Assembly: GCA_963810095.1 (NCBI GenBank)
Contig: CAWEMM010000014.1
Span: 210,240 to 274,239 of the forward strand
From: an uncultured Chloroflexia bacterium
GTDB taxonomy: Bacteria; Chloroflexota; Anaerolineae; CG2-30-64-16
Direction of reading: 5' to 3'
Length of the DNA: 64,000 bases
This document shows, piece after piece, positions 45,892 through 55,658 of this stretch; the first letter of the stretch is position 1; each line of letters starts with the position of its first letter. Made by a program: the position numbers and the translations under genes. Under the pieces are notes generated by a model that ran no database searches, was not told the origin of the DNA, and worked only from the letters and a program-made list of their open reading frames with translations.

Positions 45892-46346
45892 ATGGGTTCA
45901 GTGTTGCGGGCGACGGCGGTCTATTTCTTCCTCCTGATCGTTTTCCGCGTCTCGGGCAAACGGACCCTGGCACAGTTCACGCCGTTCGACTTCATCCTAT
46001 TGCTGATCATCAGTGAGACCATTCAGCAGGCAATGGTCGACACTGACAATTCGTGGACAAACGCCGCGATCCTCGTTCTCACGCTCGTCGGTATCAGCAT
46101 CGCGCTGTCCCTCGTCCGCGAAGGGTCCCCTGGCTCGAGCGGCTGCTCGGCGGGAGCGCCGTGCTCGTGATCCAGGACGGTAAGATGCACGAGGACCGCA
46201 TGCGCCGCATGCGCATCGACGAAGTGGACATCATCGGCGCGGCACGCGCACAAGAGGGTCTGGAGCGGATCGACCAGATCAAACATGCGGTCGTCGAGAC
46301 CGGCGGCCAGATCACGATCATTCCGAAGAAGCAGGCCGCGGGATAG
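45892..46346 (+). pseudogene. DUF421/YetF-like membrane protein; frame-disrupted by one shift near 46110-46122
   Basis: GAAGGAG RBS. Frames join as ...GISIALSLVR / RVPWLERLLGGSAVLVIQDGKMHEDRMRRMRI... Confidence 0.6.
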
Positions 46347-46359
46347 GGTAGGAGGGCAC

Positions 46360-46685
46360 GTGTTTCTGGTCCAGATTCTGCTGCCGCTGTACGACAACGA
46401 CGGTCGCGCGCTGGCGCGCGATCGCTACGATGCCGTTTTCCACACGCTCACCGAGCGCTTCGGCGGCGCGACCGCGTTCACCCGTGCGCCGGCTGAGGGT
46501 GCGTGGAAGGAGCCGGGGCGCAGCCGGCAGGCCGACCGGCTGTCAACCGTGACCGGGTGATCATTTTTGAGGTGATGGTGGAGCGGCTCGATCACGACTG
46601 GTGGGGCGCGTACCGGCGCCAGCTCGAGGCCGACTTTCGGCAGGAGAAGATCCTGATGCGCGCAATGGCCGCTGAGGAACTCTAG
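46360..46685 (+). pseudogene. small conserved-looking hypothetical protein; one shift near 46530-46545
   Basis: GTG 46360 with GGTAGGAGGG upstream. Frames join as VFLVQILLPLYDNDGRALARDRYDAVFHTLTERFGGATAFTRAPAEGAWKE... / DRVIIFEVMVERLDHDWWGAYRRQLEADFRQEKILMRA. Confidence 0.45.
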
Positions 46686-47658
46686 CGGCGCCAGTGAATC
46701 TCGGGCCGGCGCCAGTTGCGCAGGCGCCAAAGCCAGCCGGCAGGATAGCCCGCCATCTTCGCCACATCGCCCAGCGCACGGATGAACGGCACAAGCAGCA
46801 GCGCCGGGCGCGGTCCGAAGGCGTCATGTCCGGTAACCGCTTGCCAAGCCGCCGGTACGGCGTCCTACAGTAGCCCACCACGCCCCCCGCCAGCGCCAAC
46901 AGCCACCACGGTTTGTGGAAGAAGCCCAGGAGGAGCAGGGCAGGGAAGGCCACGAAATAGGTGACATAACGAATGGCATGACGCCTGCGCCACAAGTCCG
47001 CCTTGCCATCGCCCCGGGCGTACCGGTAATACTGCTTTGCGAAGCCCCTTGCCGACCCGCGCGGCCGGAAATGTGCGATCGCTTTCGGCGCCCACGCAAA
47101 CTGCCCCACCGCCTCGCGCAGCCGCAGGTCGAAGATCAGGTCCTCGCAGTAGTCGAGCCACTCGGGGTAACCGCCGGCCGCCTCATATGCCTGGCGGGTG
47201 AACGCGACGGACCTGCTGGACGGCAGGAAGGTCTCCGGGTTCACATCCTCCAGGTCGGGCAGCGTCGTCGCGCCCAGGGCGATCTCGAACGTGGAATGTG
47301 GGTCGCTAACAAAGAAGCCTGCCGTTGCCTGCGCATGCCCGCCGAGGATGGGTCCCACCAGTTCTTCCAGCCATTGTGGCTCGAGCTCCACGCCGGCGTC
47401 TACCGACGCGATAATGTCGCCCGCAGCCGCGGCAATGGCGACGTTCCGCCCGCGGGAAATGTTCGCGCCGGGTTCGACGATCACCCGTAACGGCAGTTGG
47501 CGCGCGTATGCCTCGATCACCTCGACGGTGTTGTCCCGCGAGCCGCCGTCGACGAAGACAACCTCGTCGGGCAGACGGGTCTGGGCCGCGATGGAGTTCA
47601 TCAGGCGGCGGATCGCGTCGCCTTCATTAAGAACGGTGCAGATTAGTGAGACTTGCAT
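46682..47658 (-). pseudogene. glycosyltransferase family 2; C-terminal shift near 46820
   Basis: The real start is ATG 47658 (MQVSLICTVLNEGDAI...VVFVDGGSRDNT...DAG). The C-terminus continues in another frame as FGPRPALLLVPFIRALGDVAKMAGYPAGWLWRLRNWRRPEIHWRR-stop at 46682. Confidence 0.7.
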
Positions 47659-47770
47659 GAAAAGAGGACCTGTCGGGTAGGATGGGTTACCGCCATCGCG
47701 TGTATTGCCGGACATAATTATAAGGTGTGACGGTGTGGATCGAAAATCGGTTTGTAGAAAGGAAACGAGG

Positions 47771-48617
47771 ATGAGCCAACGTGAGACAGGGCAGGCGGAC
47801 CAGGCGCCGCGCCGCTCGCCTGATGCGCAGCGGGACCTGGCCGGCCTTCTTGGCGGCCTCTTGGGTGGCCAGGGATCGCAAGGCGCGGCGGGCCTCGGTG
47901 CGGCGGGACAGAATATCCCCGAAGACAACGAAGTTGCAAACGTGTTGGGCGGCTTGCTGGGCGGTAACCAGCCGGGGTCGCTCCCTTCGGGCGGCCACAC
48001 GACCGAGCAGTCGGGCGCGGCGGCAGCCACAGCCGGGCGCGGCGGGCCCCTCCGGCGACGAACTGGGGTCACTTCTCGGTGGACTTCTGGGCGGCGGGAT
48101 GGCGGGCGGGCAGCTGCCGCAGCAAAATCCGTACGCCGGCCAGGAAAACGGGGGCTACGGCGCAGTGGAGCGGGGGGCATGGGCGGGCTCGGCGGCCTGC
48201 TTGGGGGGTTGCTGGGCGGGGGTGGTGGCAGCGGGGAGCGGCGGCTTAGGCGGCCTCTTGGGCAGCGTCATCGGCAATGACCAGACGAGCAGCACGGTCG
48301 CGCAGCAAACCGGATTGGCGCCGAGCCTGGTCCAGGCACTGCTCCCCATGATCATCGGCATGCTTATGCGGGGAGGTCAGCGCTCCAACATGCGCAGCCA
48401 GGGGATCGACATCGACGGCGACGGGATTCCCGACACGGGCGACCAACTGGCGGGCGTCGCACACCGCGTTCAAGCAGGGGAGGCGGTAGACGAGCAGGAG
48501 CTGCGGTCCTCGGGAGTCACGGCCGCGCTGGCTAAGCATAGTGGTTATGCCGAGCCCGAGGTAGCGTCGGCAACGGTGAAAATCCTGCAGGCGTTAGCCG
48601 AGCAGAACAAGCGCTAA
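47771..48617 (+). pseudogene. DUF937-like Gly/Leu-repeat protein; three shifts near 48050, 48165 and 48235
   Basis: ATG 47771 (AAAGGAAACGAGG upstream). Repeated (G)LLGGLLGG blocks alternate between two frames. The C-terminal part LAPSLVQALLPMIIGML...ILQALAEQNKR is intact. Confidence 0.55.
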
Positions 48618-48636
48618 CAAACCTCTGCAGGAGATC

Positions 48637-48687
48637 GGCAGGGGCGCCTGCGCTGCCCAGCTCCGGGCGGGCTCAGGCGCTCCTGCC
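48637..48687 (+). terminator. hairpin downstream of the DUF937-like gene
   Basis: GGCAGGGGCGCCTG and CAGGCGCTCCTGCC form 14-bp arms with one mismatch and a 23-nt loop. No clear T-tract. Confidence 0.4.
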
Positions 48688-48851
48688 GTGCTGAGTAAGC
48701 AAAGTTTTGTGAGATGTAGCGACTACCATCTAAATTTGATATTGCTATCATTAATTCTTTTTACCGATGACATACGTGGCCGGCTGCCGCGATACTGATC
48801 CGAGAGCCTGTGGCGGGTGCAGGATCGTTGCTCCAAGGACGGAGGGACAGC

Positions 48852-50285
48852 ATGGCCGGGCGAACTGCTGTGATGGTTCATCGGGTGCCGGTGGCGACGG
48901 CGCTCGCATTGGTGTTTCTGCTGGCAATCGCACTGGGCGCGCAAGCCCAGTCGATAACACCCTACTTCGGCTGCATCGACGACTTCCGCCAGAGTTCGAA
49001 CTGCACGGCGGATGATGTGCGTATCGCCTCGATGGTTGTGGACCAGGTGATCGACACGTGCGCCTACCCCGGCGACACGGGCCGGTTCGTCTTCAAGGCC
49101 GAGCTTGTGAGCGGGGCGCAACGAGCGCTACGACCTCGGTCTCTTCGTCGCACTGGATGGGGGCAGCGCCCAGCTCGCCTCCCGGCCTGGGTACCCGAAT
49201 GGCACCAGCTGCTATCACGATTTTCTCTCTCCTATCGGTCCGCCCTTCGACCTGCTCGGAGGGCACGGTCCGTTCTACGACGCTGAGGGCGGCGGTGACC
49301 TGTGCGGGGATATCCAACAGTCCGTCACCAACTACTACATCACCGAACCGATTACCATCCTCTGCCCGGATTCAAACGGCGACACGACCGTGGAGCCGAT
49401 CAGCACGTGCGTGAGCTGGGACAATAACCGCCAGGGCGTATGTGTGGACGTGAACGGCGCCATCCCCGGGGAGACGACGCCCGGGACGCCCTCCAAGTGC
49501 CGGTGTGAGAGCATCGCCGTGCCCGACGTCGTCATCCGCAAGATCGTCGTCGACAAGGTGACTGACCCCGCGGGGGCCGGCAAGTCGTTCCCCTTCACGC
49601 TGACGAAGCCGGGCGGCAGCATAGTCGGGTTTTCTCTGACGGACAGCGCTGCGCCGTGGATCAGCGGCCTTTTGCCCGCAGCCACGGGCTATTCAGTTGT
49701 CGAGACCGTGCCAGAGGGCTGGGTCCAGACGGCCGTGCACTGCACGAATGGCCTGGCCGCCGACAATATCGACCCTGGCAACATCGACCTGACTCCCAAC
49801 CGTGAGGTGCGCTGCACCTTCTACAACGCCGCCGGTTCGCTTGCGGCAGACCTCGTCGAATATGCTGGGGAGGCGCAGGGCAGCCAGGTAGCGCTGCGCT
49901 GGGAGACCGTATCCGACTTCAGTGTGCGCGGGTTCAACGTGTACCGCGGTCTTTCGAATCAGGGACCGTGGGCGCGCGTCAATTCTGTGCTCATCCCGGC
50001 ACAGTCCCCGGGCGCGGCCAGCGGCGCGCGCTATGAATGGGTCGACCGGTCGCCGGGCAGCGGCGCGAGTCTGGTACCTGCTGGAAGAATCGGGTCTGAA
50101 CGGCGAGACAGAGCGTTACGATCCGCTGGAGGTGGTGCTGGGCGCGCCCAACGCGGTCGGGACGAGCGAGTTCGAGCGCGGCGCGAACGCTTCCGGGATG
50201 GCTGTCCGTCGCGGGTGTGTCGCTGGGGCTTGCACTGCTAGCAGGTGTAGTTGCCAAGGGGTTCGGAGGACGCCGGCGGGGATAG
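48852..50285 (+). pseudogene. secreted surface protein with a Cna-B/SpaA-like (prealbumin-fold) domain and a C-terminal TM plus basic-tail anchor; three shifts near 49113-49116, 50055 and 50195
   Basis: Signal peptide VATALALVFLLAIALGAQAQS. Domain VVDKVTDPAGAGKSFPFTLTKPGG...VETVPEGWVQT...VRCTFYN. C-terminus WLSVAGVSLGLALLAGVVAKGFGGRRRG-stop at 50285. Confidence 0.6.
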
Positions 50286-50306
50286 GGGCCGGGAAGTTGC
50301 ACCAGA

Positions 50307-50345
50307 GTCGGCGCAAGAACCAGGTCCGGTTGGTCTTGCGCCGAC
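50307..50345. terminator. bidirectional terminator-like hairpin between convergent genes
   Basis: GTCGGCGCAAGA and TCTTGCGCCGAC form a perfect 12-bp stem. The 15-nt loop contains AACCAGG..CCGGTT. Confidence 0.5.
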
Positions 50346-50447
50346 ACACGGACTCAGAGTTTCTGTGTCCTGTGAACTGGTGATTGCAGAATACCCGAGA
50401 GTTGTTGCACCCTTATCACCATTGTGGGGCAGGCGGGTTACATCGTG

Positions 50448-51938
50448 TTACAGAACTGCAACATCGCCGCGCTCCTGCCCGCGCCACCAGTCAAAGTGCT
50501 GTGACCAGTCAATGTACCCGTAGTTGCCGATGGGGTCTGGCGCCGGGGTCAGCTCGTCGACGACAAGCGCCGGGGCCCCGCCGCCCCACGGAATGAGCCA
50601 CAGTGATGCCTGGCCCTCCCGGTTGATGCGTGCAAACAGCAAGTGGCTCCCCTGGCGCGACCACTGGGGCCGTTCGTCGCGATAGCGCGGGTCATCCGTC
50701 AGGGCCGTTGGCGCGCCCGCTGCTGCTGCGCCCACCCAGAGGTGGCGGGCAAGCATCGTGGTTAGTGCGTCTTCCCCCAGCGTCAGGTCGGGCGCATCGG
50801 GCATGGCGACGAACGCCAGCTCTTGCGCGTCGGGCGACCAAGCCGGCGTCATGGCCGCCAGGTCCGGGGGAGTCTGGAAATCTCCTGCCACCACCCGTTT
50901 GTCTGTCCAGGTTGCCAGCCCCGGGCCGACCGTGGCGGCGACGGTGTGATCGCCGGTGCGGGCGACGTCCAGAAAGTCGCTCCGCTGCAGCATCGGTTCG
51001 CTCGTCACCATCTGCGCGGGGCCAGGGTTCTCCCCTACGGGCGGCAGCGCGGCCGTAAAGAGCCACACCCCGTCGACGGGCTCGGCCACCCGGCTGGGGT
51101 GCTGCCAGAACAAGACGTGCTCGGGGTCTTGCCACCCAGCCAGGCTCGCCGGCGATTCAGAGGCACGCATGACGAGCGTGGACTGCCCGCCGGCTGTGGG
51201 GATGACCCAGATCCCGTCGTCGCGACCCGACCGTGACCCGCTCTGTTCGTCAGACGTCCACTCGTACGCCAACCACCGCCCGTCAGGACTCCACGCAATC
51301 GCGTTCACCCGGCCGTTCGCCTGCGCAGCGACGAGGCGCGCTCCGATGTCTGTGGCTGGGTCGAGCGTCTGTAGGTGGCCTGCCTCGCTGACATACGCCA
51401 GCAAGTCTGCGGTTGGCGACCAGGCAAAGTGCTCGACGGTGAAGCCCCGATTGATCACGTGGTGATCCGATCCGTTCCGCCGCGCCAGCCAAACTTGCTG
51501 TTGGAACGTCGAAACGGTCTCGCGGCAGGGCGGCTCATTCTGGCGTAACGGGTCTTCACAGGGGCGCTCGCGCTCGACCAGGACCGTGCGGTCTTTGCGG
51601 TAAGCGATCCACTCGCCCACGGTCGACCACTTCGGCTCGCGGTTGTGCCCGTCAATCGTCAGGCGTTGGTGCGGTCCCTCGGGGAGCACGGTGATCCACA
51701 GATCGCCTCCCCGGATGTAGGCGACACGGCCGAGCGCGGTGGGTACGGGCGGCGGCGGCGCGATCGCCGTAGCGAGTGCATTCGACAGCCGCTCGTTTTC
51801 CTCCACTAGCGCTTGCAGGGTTGCGGCCGGCGCGGGGTTTGGCGTAGGGGTCTGCTCCAAGCCCACGGCAAGGGTGCCCGCACAGGAGGTGAGCAGAGCA
51901 GCAGACGAACAGGTGGGGATGCGCAATGAGCGACGCAT
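50448..51938 (-). CDS. TolB-like beta-propeller lipoprotein (PD40/WD40-like repeats)
   Basis: 496 aa with lipobox LLTSC and the repeated motifs AWSPDG/WSPDAQ/AWSPTAD. Confidence 0.7.
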   Translation of the reverse strand: MRRSLRIPTCSSAALLTSCAGTLAVGLEQTPTPNPAPAATLQALVEENERLSNALATAIAPPPPVPTALGRVAYIRGGDLWITVLPEGPHQRLTIDGHNREPKWSTVGEWIAYRKDRTVLVERERPCEDPLRQNEPPCRETVSTFQQQVWLARRNGSDHHVINRGFTVEHFAWSPTADLLAYVSEAGHLQTLDPATDIGARLVAAQANGRVNAIAWSPDGRWLAYEWTSDEQSGSRSGRDDGIWVIPTAGGQSTLVMRASESPASLAGWQDPEHVLFWQHPSRVAEPVDGVWLFTAALPPVGENPGPAQMVTSEPMLQRSDFLDVARTGDHTVAATVGPGLATWTDKRVVAGDFQTPPDLAAMTPAWSPDAQELAFVAMPDAPDLTLGEDALTTMLARHLWVGAAAAGAPTALTDDPRYRDERPQWSRQGSHLLFARINREGQASLWLIPWGGGAPALVVDELTPAPDPIGNYGYIDWSQHFDWWRGQERGDVAVL

Positions 51939-51970
51939 CCTTCGACTGCGGCTGGGCGGCCGGCCGGCGC

Positions 51971-52017
51971 CTCCGCTCAGGATGCTTTTCGGGCGGCGGC
52001 AGGCATCCTGAGCGGAG
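51971..52017 (-). terminator. perfect 15-bp hairpin downstream of the two-component operon
   Basis: CTCCGCTCAGGATGC, 17-nt loop, GCATCCTGAGCGGAG. No distal U-tract on the minus sense. Confidence 0.4.
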
Positions 52018-52068
52018 CACGGCCCGCACTTGGGCGGTCCATCGAAGGACGCCCGTGATTCCGCTCGC

Positions 52069-52965
52069 TCATCGCGCCCCCGGCAGTCGGACGGTCACCA
52101 CCGTGCCCCGCCCGGGACGGCTGCGGATGGTCATGCTGCCGTGATGCCGGGTGACGATTGCCTTGACCAGGGCCAGCCCCAACCCGCTGCCTTCGACGCC
52201 GATCCCCGCGCTGCCCCGGTAGAGTTCCTCGCCCAGGTGTGGCAGTTCGTCGGACGGGACGCCAGGGCCGGTGTCGGCCACCTCGACCGCAACGTTGGTC
52301 CCGTCCTCGAACGCCCGGATTTCGACCGTCGCGCCTTCGGTCGTGAACTTGAATGCGTTATCCACCAGGTTGTGGAATGCCAGGAAGAGCAGGTCGCGAT
52401 CCCCTGGGATCGGGGCGATGGGCCAGGGCGCCTCGGGTGCGGTCAGGTTAATGCGCCGCGCTGCGGCCTCGGGCCGGTCGCGTGCGATCTCGACGATTTC
52501 GGTCAGCAGCCCGACGACGTCGACCTCGTCCTGCTCGAGGGGTTGAACCTCCAGGTCCGTCAGCTTCCGCAAATCGGCGCTCAACCGGGCCAGCCGGTCG
52601 ACCTGGCCGCGCAGGCTGCGCATCGTCTGCGGGTCACAGGCCCCATTCAGGTTCGCCAGTGCTGCGCGCATTGCCGTCAACGGGTTCTTGACCTCGTGAT
52701 CCAGCCGGCGAATGAAACGCCGCCGCGAATCGGCCTCTTCGGCCTCCATTGCGGCCGCAGCCGCGGCGACGGCCCGGCGTTTCCGCTCGTTCAGCACTAC
52801 CACGGCGGTCACACAGGCTGAAGCAACCGTGCCGAGCAGGACGAACAGCGTGCCGACGTCCGCGCGCAGGTAGACGACGGGGTTCAGTAAAGCCCCGCTT
52901 TGCCAAACGAATGCGAGAGCGAGCCCGATGACCAGCGGGATGAGCGCCAGCGCGAGACGCGTCAC
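52069..52965 (-). CDS. sensor histidine kinase (2 TM, HisKA and HATPase_c domains)
   Basis: 298 aa with H-box FIRRLDHEVKNPLTAM, N box HNLVDNAFKF and G boxes DTGPGV/GSGLGLALV. Confidence 0.9.
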   Translation of the reverse strand: MTRLALALIPLVIGLALAFVWQSGALLNPVVYLRADVGTLFVLLGTVASACVTAVVVLNERKRRAVAAAAAAMEAEEADSRRRFIRRLDHEVKNPLTAMRAALANLNGACDPQTMRSLRGQVDRLARLSADLRKLTDLEVQPLEQDEVDVVGLLTEIVEIARDRPEAAARRINLTAPEAPWPIAPIPGDRDLLFLAFHNLVDNAFKFTTEGATVEIRAFEDGTNVAVEVADTGPGVPSDELPHLGEELYRGSAGIGVEGSGLGLALVKAIVTRHHGSMTIRSRPGRGTVVTVRLPGAR

Positions 52966-53693
52966 CGGCCAACCTCCACCGCTGCAACGAAGCGGTAGCC
53001 CTGGCCGATTAGCGTCTCAATAAAGCGGGGGGTCTCGGCATCGTCCTTGAGGGTGCGGCGCAGCTCGGCTATGCGGGTGTCGACGGCACGGGTGGCCGCC
53101 GGATAATCCCAGCCCCACACCGCATCGAGCAGGCGCTCGCGCGACAGGACTTCGTCGGGGTGCAGCATGAGGTATTCGAGCACCGAGATCGCTTTGGCCG
53201 TGAGCGAGACCTCGCGGCCGTTCAGCGTGGCCCGGCGCGCCTGGCGGTCGAGCTCGAGGCTGCCGGAACGGAGCCGGTGTGCGCCTGCCAGCGAGGGCGC
53301 GCCGGGATGCGCCCGGCGCAGCACGGCCCGGATGCGCGCGACCAGCTCGTACGGCTCGAACGGCTTGCCGAGGTAGTCGTCGGCCCCCTCGTCGAGGGCG
53401 ACCGCCCGTTCTGCGGGCGAGCCGACGCGCGTCAGGAGAATGACGGGGGTCCAGTTGCCCGCCCGGCGCAACCGTCGCAGCACTTCGCGGCCGTCGAGCA
53501 CGGGCATCAGGACGTCAAGAATCACCAGGTCGACCGGGTTGCGATCGAGCTGCTGGAGCGCGGTTCCGCCATCCGGCGCGTACGTAACCGTGTAGCCCGT
53601 GCGCTCGAGAAACGCACCGACATGCTCGGTCACCCCCGGGTCGTCGTCGACCAGGAGGATGCGCGTCGGTACGGACTTGGGATCGAGAACCAT
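52962..53693 (-). CDS. OmpR/PhoB-family response regulator
   Basis: ORF trimmed to ATG 53693. REC domain ILLVDDDP...LVILDVLMP and winged-helix RAVDTRIAELRRTL...IETLIGQGYRF. Overlaps the kinase gene by 4 nt. Confidence 0.9.
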   Translation of the reverse strand: MVLDPKSVPTRILLVDDDPGVTEHVGAFLERTGYTVTYAPDGGTALQQLDRNPVDLVILDVLMPVLDGREVLRRLRRAGNWTPVILLTRVGSPAERAVALDEGADDYLGKPFEPYELVARIRAVLRRAHPGAPSLAGAHRLRSGSLELDRQARRATLNGREVSLTAKAISVLEYLMLHPDEVLSRERLLDAVWGWDYPAATRAVDTRIAELRRTLKDDAETPRFIETLIGQGYRFVAAVEVGR

Positions 53694-53800
53694 TCTTCGG
53701 AGCCTCAGGCGCAGTATAGCGCGAGGCAGGGGGAGATGCAACACAGAACGCGGCAACAGCAGGAACTCCAGGCGCAGGATGCGAAGTCGGGCCGGCCAAG

Positions 53801-53809
53801 TGGTATAAT
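53801..53809 (+). promoter_or_regulatory. extended -10 element (TGGTATAAT) 8 nt upstream of ATG 53818; implies a leaderless or near-leaderless mRNA
   Basis: TGGTATAAT gatcctct ATG, with no Shine-Dalgarno sequence in between. Confidence 0.5.
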
Positions 53810-53817
53810 GATCCTCT

Positions 53818-55658
53818 ATGTCCAATCGCGAGTTCCGTCTGGAGCACGAGCACCGTTACGACCGCCGGGGACCGGTCCGCTGGATCATTTCGCATCTGGC
53901 CCGCTATCCGCACTTCCCGCTGCTGGCGCTGCTTGCTGCCATCTTCAACAACTTCTTCTACAGCGAGATCCAGGTCATCATCGGCCGCGCCTTCGACCTG
54001 ATCAGCCAGCCGGCCTGGTTGCCCTCGGCCCTGCTCGCGCTGGCGCTGCTCGCGCTCGTCGTGGCAGTCGGGCAGGGGCTCACCGGGCTTGCTGCGCAAC
54101 TACTCGGTCGAGTTCGTCGCCGCCCGCGTCGAGCGCGACGCCCGCGACGAGCTGTACGCCAGCCTGCTGGGCAAGAGCCAGACCTTCCACGGCCGGCAGC
54201 GCATCGGCGACATCATGGCGCGGCACGACGAACGACGTGCACATGCTCAACCTCATGTTCAGCCCCGGCCTCATGCTGATCCTTGATTCGAGCCATGGCC
54301 GTCGTGGTGCCGCTGATCCTCATCGCTCGCATGGATACCCGCCTGCTCATCGTGCCGGGGGTGTTTCTGGTCTTCCTGGCCCTGACCCTGTTCGAGTACA
54401 ACCGGCGCTTGAACCCGGTGAGCACGGCGATTCGCGAGCGCTTTGGCGACATGAATGCGGGCCTGGCCGAAGCTATTGCCGGGGTCGAGGTGGTCAAGTC
54501 GAACGTGCAGGAGCGTTACGAGTGGGCGAAGTTCACCGGGAACGCCCGCCTCGTCCGCGACGCGACGGTGCGCCAAGGCGAGGTGCAGGCGCTCTACTGG
54601 CCGACCCTGGTATTTGCCTTTGCCTGGGCGGCCGCGCTGCTGCAGGGGCTGCTCATGTGGCAGGCCGGCGAGCTGAGCCTGGGCACCGTCATCGCGTATC
54701 TCGGCCTGGTGGGCACCCTGCGCTTCCCGACCAACATGTCGATTTTTACCTTCAACCTCGTCCAGCTGGGCCTGGCGAGCGCGCGCCGCATCCTCGAGAC
54801 GGTCAACACCGAGACGGAGCTGGACGAGAACCCGGCCGGTGTCGTCCAGCCGATGCACGGGGAGGTGGCCTTCGACGGCGTCAGCTTTGGCTATGCTTCT
54901 GCCGCAGACGTCTCAGGGAACGGCAGAGACGTCCTCCGAGACCGTCGAATCCCTGGCGGCAAGCCCGCGGCGGCGTTCTGAAAGATGTCACCTTCTCCGT
55001 GCGCCCGGGCGAGACATTGCCATCGTCGGCCAGACCGGCTCGGGCAAGTCCACGCTGACGCGGCTGATCAACCGGATCTTCGATGCGGAGCGCGGGGCGC
55101 GTGCTGGTCGACGACATCGACGTGCGCGACTGGAACCTCGAATCGCTGCGCTCGCAGATCTCCTTCATCGAGCAGGACCCGTTCCTTTTCTCGCGCACGA
55201 TTCGGGAGAACATTGCGTTTGGCCGGCCAGACGCGAGCGAAGAGGAGATCATGGCGGCCAGCCGGGCTGCGCAGGCGCACGACTTCATCCTGTCGTTCAA
55301 GGACGGGTATGACACGGAGGTGGGCGAACGCGGGGTGACGCTCTCGGGCGGACAGCGCCAGCGCATCGCCATCGCCCGCGCCTTCCTGACCGACCCCCGC
55401 GTCCTGATCCTGGACGACAGCACGAGCGCGATTGACAGCGAGACGGAGGACCAGATCCAGCGCGCGATGCGCCGCATCAGCCGCTCACGTACCACGTTCC
55501 TGATCACGCACCGGCTGAGCCAGATCCGCTGGGCCGACCGCATCCTCGTGCTGCGCCGTGGCGAGCTGGTCGACCAGGGCACGCATGAGGAGCTGATGCG
55601 GCGCAGCCCCGACTACGCCCGCATTTTTGCGGCCCGCAACTTCGCCGGGACTAACTGA
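53818..55658 (+). pseudogene. ABC exporter permease/ATPase fusion (first half of a heterodimeric pair); at least six frame shifts (about 54090, 54225, 54290, one within 54895-54975, 55015, 55094-55097)
   Basis: Pieces in three frames: the TMD (RNYSVEFVAARVERDARDELYASLL, TTNDVHMLNLMFSPG, MAVVVPLILIA...), Walker A IAIVGQTGSGKST, signature [15 protein letters not shown] and Walker [12 protein letters not shown]. Confidence 0.75.

Noticed and set aside
46561-48180. 539-aa minus-strand ORF
   Set aside because: Only 46682..47658 is the GT2 gene. The N-terminal roughly 170 aa are antisense to the DUF937-like gene, and the C-terminal roughly 90 aa are an out-of-frame read-through after an indel.
2572-55100. 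Programmed ribosomal frameshifting or recoding as the explanation for the frame breaks
   Set aside because: No slippery heptamers or downstream pseudoknot context recur at the sites. The breaks hit unrelated genes, go in both directions, and several fall in G or C homopolymers. Indels are the simpler explanation.
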